This document shows positions 56,349 through 64,000 of a DNA stretch of 64,000 bases, piece by piece. Below the pieces are notes generated by a model. The model saw only the letters and a program-made list of their open reading frames with translations, made no database searches and had not been told where the DNA came from. Source of the DNA: Candidatus Acidiferrales bacterium (GTDB lineage Bacteria > Acidobacteriota > Terriglobia > Acidiferrales > UBA7541); contig DASQHY010000107.1 in the NCBI GenBank assembly GCA_035631855.1, positions 6,107 through 70,106 of the forward strand, read 5' to 3'. Numbering within the stretch: the first letter of the stretch is position 1; each line of letters starts with the position of its first letter. Made by a program: the position numbers and the translations under genes.

Positions 56349-57173
56349 TTGTTCCGGAACGGAACAGTCGTTTCTAATTGGCATTGGCTTTTCAGGAGTG
56401 ACGTCGCGTGCGACAATGCCCGCGTGAATCCTTGGGTGATCGCTGTACCAGCGGCAACCGCGGCCGCAGGGCTAACCGCGGCGTGGGGCGCGGTGTATCC
56501 GCAATCGCAACTGTTTGGTCCGACGGTTCGTCATACGCGGAAGGCAAACCAATTCGCTCTTACCTTTGACGATGGGCCAAACCCGGCCATTACACCGCGC
56601 CTGCTTGACTTGCTCGATCGGCATCGTGTCCGCGCAACATTCTTTCTCGTCGGCAAGTTTGTGCGCGCCTGTCCCGGGCTGGCTCGCGAAGTCGCCGCGC
56701 GCGGCCATTGCATCGGGAACCACACGGAGACTCATCCCAATCTGTTCTGGCTTGGCCGCGCCCGCTTGCGGGAAGAGCTTTCGAATTGCCAGCAAGCGAT
56801 TGGCGAAGCGCTCGGCCAATCCGCGCGCTGGATGCGCCCGCCGTACGGAATTCGCAGCCCGTTTCTCGACTCGCTCGTCACCGAAATGAAGTTTCACGGC
56901 GTTGTGATGTGGACTTTGATTCCCGGGGATTGGCTTGAGAAACCTGCGGAGTGGCTGATCCGGCGAATGCGGCCCATCGTCGGGCATATCGAACGCCGCG
57001 GCGGCCAGAAGCGTGGGGGAGATATTCTGGTCTTGCACGACGGCAATCATCACGCGCTGAACGGAGACCGCCAGCGCACGCTCACCGCGCTGGAGTACTG
57101 GCTGCCGCGATGGAAGGATGCCGGGCTTGAGTTTGCTACAATGGACCAGGTTGCGGAAAGCGGAGTCGGCTGA
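56349..57173 (+). CDS. polysaccharide deacetylase (CE4 / NodB homology domain)
   Basis: Motifs TFDDGP, HTETHP and RPPYG. The start is uncertain: TTG 56349 per the track, or GTG 56424 before the TM segment NPWVIAVPAATAAAGL. Confidence 0.85.
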   Translation: MFRNGTVVSNWHWLFRSDVACDNARVNPWVIAVPAATAAAGLTAAWGAVYPQSQLFGPTVRHTRKANQFALTFDDGPNPAITPRLLDLLDRHRVRATFFLVGKFVRACPGLAREVAARGHCIGNHTETHPNLFWLGRARLREELSNCQQAIGEALGQSARWMRPPYGIRSPFLDSLVTEMKFHGVVMWTLIPGDWLEKPAEWLIRRMRPIVGHIERRGGQKRGGDILVLHDGNHHALNGDRQRTLTALEYWLPRWKDAGLEFATMDQVAESGVG

Positions 57174-57177
57174 GCTT

Positions 57178-57492
57178 ATGGACGACCGCGCATTCTATAC
57201 GGAAAAAGAAGAAACCAAGAGCATTTCCCTGATCTGTCCGAGCTGCCGCGGGGAGAGCAGCTATCCGGTTCGCTGGCGCGTGCGTACCAAAAAGAGGGAA
57301 ATGCCCCGCGGGATGAACGACGAGGCCAAGAAGAGCTTCGCCAACGCGCGGTCCTACATGGTGCGCGTGGACGATTTGGTGGCCTGCCGCAAGTGCCGCA
57401 AGCGTATCGAACTTACCGGCCAATCCACCGTTTTGATTTCGGATGCTCTCGGCGACCCCAATGCCGATCCCGAGAATTTTGGCAACCGCTGA
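57178..57492 (+). CDS. small zinc-ribbon protein, hypothetical
   Basis: 104 aa with CPSC...CRKC cysteine pairs. The ATG lies 4 nt after the deacetylase stop. Confidence 0.5.
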   Translation: MDDRAFYTEKEETKSISLICPSCRGESSYPVRWRVRTKKREMPRGMNDEAKKSFANARSYMVRVDDLVACRKCRKRIELTGQSTVLISDALGDPNADPENFGNR

Positions 57493-57548
57493 CCGCACAA
57501 GCCTGAGAACCTGGATGGGAGATAGAAAACAGGTTGGAGCCCGCTCCC

Positions 57549-57749
57549 CTAAATCTCGGGATACATCTCAAAGAACGCTTCCATCGACTGCTGCAATGTT
57601 GCCTCGATCTCCTCTTTGCTCCCCTCAATCAGATGCAAGGTGATGCGCGACGTTCGCCCGCCCTTTAATGTGACGACCGCTTCTTGAACCTCCGCCAATT
57701 CGTCCGCGGGAAACAACCTCATGCCATAGACCAACGCCAGCTTCGCCAT
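57549..57749 (-). CDS. small hypothetical protein
   Basis: 66 aa from ATG 57749, with SD AGGAG plus a 5-nt spacer. No family was recognised. Confidence 0.45.
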   Translation of the reverse strand: MAKLALVYGMRLFPADELAEVQEAVVTLKGGRTSRITLHLIEGSKEEIEATLQQSMEAFFEMYPEI

Positions 57750-57866
57750 GGGAGCTCCTGTCGCGTGCCTTGGACTCCAGACTAAGCGCACGCCGCGCCG
57801 CCGTCAATTGCGCTGTCAACCGGGCGAGAAAGCCATGCGCGCGAAGGCCGAGAAGTAGTCCCGGCG

Positions 57867-57895
57867 TTGGCCACAGGTTCCGCCGGGGTTATACT
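57867..57895 (+). promoter_or_regulatory. candidate sigma-70-type promoter
   Basis: TTGGCC, a 17-nt spacer, then TATACT. It lies about 58 nt upstream of ATG 57953. Confidence 0.3.
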
Positions 57896-57952
57896 AAGGC
57901 ATCCGCAGGGCGCGTTGGCGCATCGCAAATGTGTGCGAAGGAGTGGACCGCC

Positions 57953-58789
57953 ATGAACCAGCCAAAAGGCATCATTCGCCGTGTTCTTCTCGAACTAGCC
58001 GTTCTGGCGCTCGCGGGTACATGCCTTGCCCAGGAACAGCCGGGCCCGCAGACCGAGGCCCCGCCTCCGCTGAAGCCCGCCGCGCCCGCTCAGACGGGGA
58101 CGGTCAAGGTCTCCTCGCGCGCAGACAAAATCGTTGTTCCGTCGGGGACCCGTCTTCCGCTGATTCTCCACAACAGCATCAGCACCCGGAACGCCAAGCC
58201 CGGCGATCCCGTGTATCTGGAGACGCTGTTCCCCATCACGCAGGAAAACCGCATCGTGATCCCTGCGGGTTCCTATGTGCAGGGAGAGATCCTGGAAGCC
58301 AAGCGGGCCGGACGCGTCAAGGGCCGCGGCGAAATTCGCGTCCGCCTGAACCGCATGATCCTGCCGAATGGCTATACGGTGGACCTCAACGCCGTGCCCA
58401 CCAACACCGGCGGCGGCGGAAATGAATCCGTGGACAACGAGGGCAAGGTCAAAGGCGACTCCGACAAGACGTCTGATGTCGGAACGGTCATTGGAACTAC
58501 GCTCGCCGGCGCGGGCATTGGAGGAGCGATCGGGAGCGCCGCGGGCAACGGAGGAAAGGGTTTAGGAATTGGCGCGGGCGTCGGCGCCGCCGCCGGGCTT
58601 GCCACCGTGCTCTTGACGCGCGGGCCGGAACTCGAATTGCCGCGCGGCACGACGGTTGATGTCGTGCTCAACCGCGCGCTTTACCTCGATTCGGATAAGG
58701 TACAGTTCAGCGATCCGGGTCACGCAACCGCGCTTCCCGGGGCGAATAGCCGCGAACCGGTTCGTACCCGCCGCGCCGTCCCTTACTGA
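57953..58789 (+). CDS. secreted protein with an internal glycine-zipper segment, hypothetical
   Basis: SD AAGGAG and a signal peptide (LAVLALAGTCLAQ). The Gly-rich hydrophobic block is GTTLAGAGIGGAIGSAAGNGGKGLGIGAGVGAAAGLATVLL. Confidence 0.65.
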   Translation: MNQPKGIIRRVLLELAVLALAGTCLAQEQPGPQTEAPPPLKPAAPAQTGTVKVSSRADKIVVPSGTRLPLILHNSISTRNAKPGDPVYLETLFPITQENRIVIPAGSYVQGEILEAKRAGRVKGRGEIRVRLNRMILPNGYTVDLNAVPTNTGGGGNESVDNEGKVKGDSDKTSDVGTVIGTTLAGAGIGGAIGSAAGNGGKGLGIGAGVGAAAGLATVLLTRGPELELPRGTTVDVVLNRALYLDSDKVQFSDPGHATALPGANSREPVRTRRAVPY

Positions 58790-58818
58790 TTCTTGGAAGG
58801 TCTTACCACTGAGGTCCC

Positions 58819-59970
58819 TTAGCGGCCTTGGTGTCCTCGAGTGTGTTCCGCGGCAACCCGCTGCGCTTCCTGGAAGCGCAGCGGACTGAACGCTTCCCAG
58901 TTTACGGACACGTTTTTCTCTGTAATCCATTCGCGGATGAGTTTGGCCGTGATGGGAGCAAGCAGGATGCCGCTGCGAAAGTGGCCCGTGGCCACAAGGA
59001 AACCCTCCAGATCCGTCGTGCCGAGAATGGGGAGATGGTCGGGCGAATCAGGCCGCAGCCCCGACCAGGTTTCTTCAATCGCGGCATCCTTCAGGGCCGG
59101 CGCAATCTCGATCGCAGCGCTGAGGATTTCCTCGAGACCCGCGGCCGTGAGGCCTTTTTCGAACCCGGCGTACTCCACCGTGCTGCCGGCCACCAGACGC
59201 CCATCATCGCGCGGCACAATATAAACGCGCTCGGACCACAGCACGCGCTCGATGGGTACCTTGGGCGCACGCAGCGCCACCATTTGCCCGCGCGCCGGGC
59301 GCACCGGCGCGTAGGAGGCCCCTCCGGCAATCTCTCCCGAAAAACAACCTGCGGCGAGCACCACCGTGCCGGCGGCAATGCGCTCTCCTGAAGTGGCGAC
59401 ACCGCTGCAGCGGTTCTCCTCACGAAGAAGACCATTCACTCGCAGGGGTGCGCGAAATTCCACTCCGGCGCGCTGCGCCGCGAGGATCGTGGCGCGGGTC
59501 AGTGCGCGATTGTCCACCGAAGCTTCCTCCGGCCGCAACGCCGTGGCCAGAACCTCTGCGCTCAACGACGGCTCGAGTTCGCGCGCTTCCTCGGTGCGCA
59601 ACGCTTCGGCAGCGAGTCCCAGCCCATGGTGCAGCGCGATGAGCGTGCTCAACTCCTGCTCGGCGTCCCTCGCGAAGAACGCTTGCAGCGTGCCTTTCGG
59701 CCGGAACCCCACTCTTTCTCTGGACTCTTCTTCAATCGCGGCGACAAACTCCGGGTAGAGCCCGAGGCTTGCTCGCCCCAGCGACACCATCGGAAATGCT
59801 CCCGGGCTCTCCGGCGCCGCAGAGAGTATTCCCGCCGCGGCCCAGGAAGCTTCCAGGCCCGGCTGCTGACGATCCAGCACCACGACGCGGAGCTTGTTGC
59901 GCGCGAGTTCCCACGCGATCGAACTACCGATGATTCCTCCGCCGATGATGGCGACGTCGTAGGCGGGCAT
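58819..59970 (-). CDS. FAD-dependent oxidoreductase, glycine oxidase (ThiO)/D-amino-acid oxidase family
   Basis: N-terminal Rossmann motif DVAIIGGGIIGSSIAWELA and a C-terminal GHFRSGILLAP block. The ThiO assignment is tentative. Confidence 0.8.
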   Translation of the reverse strand: MPAYDVAIIGGGIIGSSIAWELARNKLRVVVLDRQQPGLEASWAAAGILSAAPESPGAFPMVSLGRASLGLYPEFVAAIEEESRERVGFRPKGTLQAFFARDAEQELSTLIALHHGLGLAAEALRTEEARELEPSLSAEVLATALRPEEASVDNRALTRATILAAQRAGVEFRAPLRVNGLLREENRCSGVATSGERIAAGTVVLAAGCFSGEIAGGASYAPVRPARGQMVALRAPKVPIERVLWSERVYIVPRDDGRLVAGSTVEYAGFEKGLTAAGLEEILSAAIEIAPALKDAAIEETWSGLRPDSPDHLPILGTTDLEGFLVATGHFRSGILLAPITAKLIREWITEKNVSVNWEAFSPLRFQEAQRVAAEHTRGHQGR

Positions 59971-60081
59971 GCGCTCATCTTAGCGCACTGAGGGTTCGGA
60001 AGGGCATTTCGCAAACTGGAAAAAAGAATCCCATCTCGCGCCCCGGCGACCGGGTGCTTTTCCAGAATTTCCGGGGAATCT

Positions 60082-60720
60082 CTACAGAGAATTGGCGAGC
60101 TCAGCGGAGAGGACTTGTGCCTTTTGCGCGAGGGTCCTGGCGCGGAGCCAGTCGCCGTCGCGAATGGCCTCGCGGGCCTGCCCTAGAAATCCGCGGATCT
60201 TTTCCACGAGGTCAGACTGCGTCGGAGTGAGCTGGCGGCCCAGCGCCGATTGCAGGTGGTGCTCCGCGGCACCGATGCTTTCATTGGTCTGCTTTTGTGC
60301 GGCGGCTTGCTCCTGCGGAGACATGCTTGGCGAGAGCTGGGGAGGAGCGGGGCGCGAGTCAACCGGCTCGGGGTCGGTCGTCGTGGGCGCCAGGCCTGTG
60401 CCGTTGTGCGGCCGGGGTGGCGCTGTCCGCACTACAGGCAGCGTGATGACTTGAAGAGTAACGATTTGCAGATCCGGAGGTGCGTCGAGGACCGCACCCG
60501 CCGGGTGAGGCCGCTTTGCAGGGAGACGCGGGCGCGAAGCCGATGCGGCCGCCGAAAGGTTCGGCGCGGCATGAACCGTCTTTTTCACGCAGCCGGTGCC
60601 GGCCAATACCGCACCGGCGCATACCGCAAACACCGCCCATTGCCAGGCTTGCGCACTGGTTCCGGCACGCGGCAGAGCATTGGCGCGTGCCGGATCACTG
60701 TTGTGGCTGGGGATCATCAT
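60082..60720 (-). CDS. hypothetical lipoprotein with proline-rich linker and helical C-terminal domain
   Basis: Lipobox LAGTGC. Its ATG overlaps the kinase stop by 1 nt (TGATG). Confidence 0.55.
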   Translation of the reverse strand: MMIPSHNSDPARANALPRAGTSAQAWQWAVFAVCAGAVLAGTGCVKKTVHAAPNLSAAASASRPRLPAKRPHPAGAVLDAPPDLQIVTLQVITLPVVRTAPPRPHNGTGLAPTTTDPEPVDSRPAPPQLSPSMSPQEQAAAQKQTNESIGAAEHHLQSALGRQLTPTQSDLVEKIRGFLGQAREAIRDGDWLRARTLAQKAQVLSAELANSL

Positions 60721-62570
60721 CAGTGTGCCAGCGGAAGCTCAATCCGGAAGGTGGTGCCCCGCCCGACCTCCGAAGTAAAGTCTATCGAACCGTTATGCAA
60801 TTGTACAAACCGAAAGGTATCCGCAAGACCGATGCCGCTGCCTCCGGGACGCGTTGTAAAAAAAAGCTGGAAGATTTTCACCCGGTGCTCCGGGGGAATG
60901 CCTGTCCCAGTGTCACCGATGGAAATCTCCGCCATGTCGCCCCGCCGGCTGAGGACCACGGAGAGGTTTCCTCCGTTGGGCATGGCTTCCACAGCGTTTA
61001 AGACAAGGTTCTGGATGGCTTGTTTGATGAGCTGCCGGTCTACGTTCACCGACGGAACGTCAATGGGCAGCAGCACCGCGGGGTGAACCTTGGCGCGCTC
61101 GAGCTGCGGCCGGGCGACTCGGAGCACCTCTTTCAGAATGTCCGCAAGCTGTACTTCCTCCAGATGAATCTCGACGGGGCGCGTAAAATTCAGGAAACGC
61201 TTGACCACATTGTCCAGCCTGTCGATTTCGCTGTCGAGCACCTGCACTGCCTGTTTCGGAAGTTCCCCGTCTTCAGGTAAAGCTTCCTTCAGCGTCTCCA
61301 GCCAGAGCCGCATGGAATTCAGAGGATTCTTGAACTCGTGGGCCACGCCGGCAGTCACGCGCGTCAGCAAGGAGAGCCGCTCTGCAATCTGGAGCTGTGT
61401 GTCAATGCTCTCCAGTGAATCGAGGTCGCGCAGCCTCACCATGGCCATGCGCGTTCCCTTTTCCGCGATCAATTGCACGCTGACTCCCACGCGCTTGGGG
61501 CCCTCCGGTGTGGTGATTTCGGCCTCGGCTCCAGCCACCGGATGCAAACCGTCCCCATCGAGTTGCAACGCGCCGCGCAGCGGATGGCCGGGTGGAAAAA
61601 TATCGGGTGCGCGGCGTCCCAGGAAGTGATCGGAAGGAGCTCCGAGAAACTTCTGCGCCGCAGGGCTCACCATTACGGCGCGCGCGTCGCTGGTAAACAG
61701 CAGCAGCCCGTCTTCGAGACCCGCCATCACCTGATTTAAGTTCTCGCGCATCGAGCTGAAGATCTCGTGAACGCCGCGCAATTGCTGCCCCACCTGGGAG
61801 ATTTTCTGGCTCACATGGGCCAGCTCGTCTCCGCCCTCCTTCACCGGCCCGGGCGAGGGGTCATATTGTCCCGCGGAAATGCGGTCGAGCTGGGCGGAGA
61901 TGGTAGTCAGCGGCGCGAGCATGAAGCCGCTGACGGCCGCGGCAAGGAGCGTCGAACCAATCAGCGCGCCCAGCACCACCAGTCCCGCGGAACGCAGCGC
62001 GGGAGAGACTTCGGCGCGCAACAGGACCGAACTCACCCCGACACGAAACTCGCCGAAGGGCTCGCCGTCAAGATCGAATGGGAATAAGACTTCATACACG
62101 CGTGGCGGGCCGTACAGCACTCCCATCTGCCGGAGAAATCCGCTGCGCGCCAAACTGTCCAGCGGGGTGCGCCGCAGAACCGTACGGCCAGAAAGAGAAG
62201 TGTCGCTGGACACTAAAGTCACGCCGTCCCGGTCCACGATTGTGACTTCATAAATCGACGTGGAATAGCCTACTGCGGCCTCGATCACCGAAGACAGCCC
62301 AGCGTTCCGGTCAAAAGTGCGCTGAACGTACTCACGCATGTCCGCCGCGCTGTCGGACTCAGGCCGGAGCCCGCGAGTGCCGGCGTCGATCAGCGCTTGC
62401 CGCGCCTGAGAGAAGACTTGTTTGCTGATAAAACCGGCGCGGTCGTTGGCCTGGCGGATCACCTGCGAGGTTAGCCGCGCGACATACACCGCGGACAGCG
62501 ACGCCACCACCACCAGCGTAAGTAGCGCCGTGCTCAGCGTCAGTTTGGTTCGCAGGCGGAGTCGTATCAT
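60720..62570 (-). CDS. sensor histidine kinase (periplasmic domain, HAMP, PAS, HisKA, HATPase)
   Basis: 616 aa. TM1, a periplasmic region of about 170 aa, TM2, then H-box VAHEFKNPL, DTGTGI and GSGIGL. Confidence 0.9.
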   Translation of the reverse strand: MIRLRLRTKLTLSTALLTLVVVASLSAVYVARLTSQVIRQANDRAGFISKQVFSQARQALIDAGTRGLRPESDSAADMREYVQRTFDRNAGLSSVIEAAVGYSTSIYEVTIVDRDGVTLVSSDTSLSGRTVLRRTPLDSLARSGFLRQMGVLYGPPRVYEVLFPFDLDGEPFGEFRVGVSSVLLRAEVSPALRSAGLVVLGALIGSTLLAAAVSGFMLAPLTTISAQLDRISAGQYDPSPGPVKEGGDELAHVSQKISQVGQQLRGVHEIFSSMRENLNQVMAGLEDGLLLFTSDARAVMVSPAAQKFLGAPSDHFLGRRAPDIFPPGHPLRGALQLDGDGLHPVAGAEAEITTPEGPKRVGVSVQLIAEKGTRMAMVRLRDLDSLESIDTQLQIAERLSLLTRVTAGVAHEFKNPLNSMRLWLETLKEALPEDGELPKQAVQVLDSEIDRLDNVVKRFLNFTRPVEIHLEEVQLADILKEVLRVARPQLERAKVHPAVLLPIDVPSVNVDRQLIKQAIQNLVLNAVEAMPNGGNLSVVLSRRGDMAEISIGDTGTGIPPEHRVKIFQLFFTTRPGGSGIGLADTFRFVQLHNGSIDFTSEVGRGTTFRIELPLAH

Positions 62571-62573
62571 CCA

Positions 62574-64000
62574 CTACTCCGCTTCGGCGCGGTCTCCGCC
62601 GTACTCCTTCAGCTTGTTGTGGAGTGTTTTGAGGCTGATGCCGAGCAACTCGGCGGCCCGCGTCTTGTTGTTGCTGGTGGCCGAAAGAGTTTGCAGGATG
62701 AGCTCGCGCTCGGCCGCGTCCACCGTGGTGCCGATGGGAAAGCGAATGCCGGACAGCTCCGACGCCGAGCCGGCCTGGGTGCGGCCGAAGTCGGTGGGGA
62801 GATGCGCGCGGCCGATCATGTCGCGGTCACACACAATGGCCGCGCGCTCGAGGACATTGCGAAGCTCGCGGACATTGCCGGGCCAGGTGTAGCTCAAGAA
62901 GACATCCATCACCTCGGCGCCGACGTTGCGGACCTGCTTGCCGTGCTTGCTGTTGATATCGCGGAGCATGTGTTCGACCAGCAGCGGCAAATCTTCTTTG
63001 TGTTCCCGCAGCGGTGGCAGATGAATGTGGAAGACGTTCAGCCGGAAGTACAGATCCTGGCGCAAGAATCCTTTCGCCACGGCCAGCTCCGGGTCTTTGT
63101 TGGTGGCCGCGAGCACGCGCACATCCACCGGTGTCTCGCTCTTGCTTCCCAGGCGGCGCACTTTGCGGTCTTCCAGCACGCGCAGCAGCTTGGTCTGCGT
63201 GGGCGCCGGCATTTCACCGATTTCGTCGAGCAGCAGCGTTCCCCCATCCGCCAGCTCGAAGCAGCCGATGCGGCGCTCCGCTGCGCCGGTAAAGGCGCCG
63301 CGCTCGTGTCCGAAGATCTCGCTTTCCATCAGCGTTTCCGGAATCGCCGAGCAGTTGATGGCCACAAAAGTTCGCTCGGCGCGCGGAGAGAGTTTGTGAA
63401 TCGTGCGCGCGAGGATTTCTTTGCCGGACCCGGTTTCGCCGGTGATCAACACCGAAGCCGAAGACGGCGCGGCCAATTCCACCAGCCGCATCACCTCCTG
63501 CATGGGTTTTGACGCGCCCACCAGTTCGCCCAGGCGTCCCGCTTCGCGCAACTGTTTCGTCAGTGCGGCGATGTGGCGCTGGTCGCGCGCGCGGCTCAGC
63601 GCCCGGTCCAGGAGCGCTCGCAGGACGGTGGCCTTGAGCGGCTTCTTGATGAACCAGAAGGCTCCCGCTTGCACGGACTCGACTTCGCGCTCCTCGCTCC
63701 CGTCTCCGGTAATGATAATCGCAGGAACCGATTTCAGCTCATCGCCCAGCTTGCCCAGAAGCTCGATGCCGTTGATGCCCGGCAGGCCGATGTCGGCCAG
63801 CAACGCCGCGGGCCGAAATTCGCCGTAGTGCTCCAGCACCTCTTCCGCGCTGGGGCACCCCAGCACTTCATAGCCCCATCCGCGCAGCATGAGTTCGTAC
63901 CCGCGCCTGGCATTGTCCTCGTCTTCGACCACCAGGATGCGGTCTTTTGGTTTTTGCTCCGTCGCGGAAGCCGCGCGGGCAGCGGTCTTGGTTTCGCTAG
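62574..64000 (-). CDS. sigma-54-dependent response regulator, N-terminus runs off the window
   Basis: AAA+ domain (GETGSGKE, ESEIFGHERGAFTGA, LLLDEIGEM). HTH (AAELLGISLKTLHNKL). Manual translation upstream of the track GTG 63932 stays open to position 64000 (...EQKPKDRILVVEDED). The REC beta-1 strand therefore precedes the track start, and the true start lies beyond the window. Confidence 0.9.
   Translation of the reverse strand, partial: SETKTAARAASATEQKPKDRILVVEDEDNARRGYELMLRGWGYEVLGCPSAEEVLEHYGEFRPAALLADIGLPGINGIELLGKLGDELKSVPAIIITGDGSEEREVESVQAGAFWFIKKPLKATVLRALLDRALSRARDQRHIAALTKQLREAGRLGELVGASKPMQEVMRLVELAAPSSASVLITGETGSGKEILARTIHKLSPRAERTFVAINCSAIPETLMESEIFGHERGAFTGAAERRIGCFELADGGTLLLDEIGEMPAPTQTKLLRVLEDRKVRRLGSKSETPVDVRVLAATNKDPELAVAKGFLRQDLYFRLNVFHIHLPPLREHKEDLPLLVEHMLRDINSKHGKQVRNVGAEVMDVFLSYTWPGNVRELRNVLERAAIVCDRDMIGRAHLPTDFGRTQAGSASELSGIRFPIGTTVDAAERELILQTLSATSNNKTRAAELLGISLKTLHNKLKEYGGDRAEAE

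Noticed and set aside
56378-56394. TTGGCAT-TGGCT-TTTCA upstream of the deacetylase gene, as a sigma-54 promoter.
   Set aside because: The -24 half is good, but the near-invariant GC of the -12 element is replaced by TC. It is also unclear whether it lies upstream of the true start, or inside the ORF if TTG 56349 is used.
1-64000. CRISPR arrays, insertion sequences, integrases, prophage or toxin-antitoxin/defence modules.
   Set aside because: No regularly spaced direct repeats were seen, and no transposase, integrase or phage-like ORF in any frame. The only tRNA has no adjacent integrase or direct repeat of its 3' end that I could find by eye.

Overview
GC-rich bacterial chromosomal segment. 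I see no rRNA, CRISPR array, transposase, integrase or phage genes. The gene content looks like Acidobacteriota: four ADOP-type duplicated FtsX permeases, three histidine-kinase / sigma-54 response-regulator pairs, a tricorn-like protease and an M14 peptidase. That assignment is inferred from protein families, not from a database hit. I call about 45 protein genes, one tRNA-Leu(UAA) and a few candidate regulatory or structural elements. Blocks: (1) 1-17.2 kb is entirely on the minus strand. It holds a MacA-like adaptor, a REC-PP2C phosphatase, four ADOP permeases, two ABC ATPases, then a sigma-54 response regulator and a kinase with almost no periplasmic loop. (2) 17.5-25.5 kb holds amino-acid metabolism and housekeeping genes, including ispH. 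(3) 25.6-30.2 kb holds tRNA-Leu and amtB-glnK-glnD. (4) 30.4-45.4 kb holds peptidases, an orphan octaheme HAO-like cytochrome, envelope proteins and an unusual 114-nt hairpin. (5) 45.6-51.5 kb holds a secreted protein, an orphan solute-binding protein, a kinase and a sigma-54 regulator. (6) 51.7-57.5 kb is a synthase-dependent exopolysaccharide locus (TPR/beta-barrel, HEAT, GT2, GNAT, CE4 deacetylase, zinc ribbon). (7) 58-64 kb holds a ThiO-like oxidase and a third kinase / sigma-54 regulator operon that runs off the window. Blocks 1 and 6 are the best candidates for an undescribed system. Many long ORFs in the track are antisense shadows of real genes in GC-rich DNA and were discarded. Several starts were moved to internal ATG/GTG codons that have Shine-Dalgarno support.
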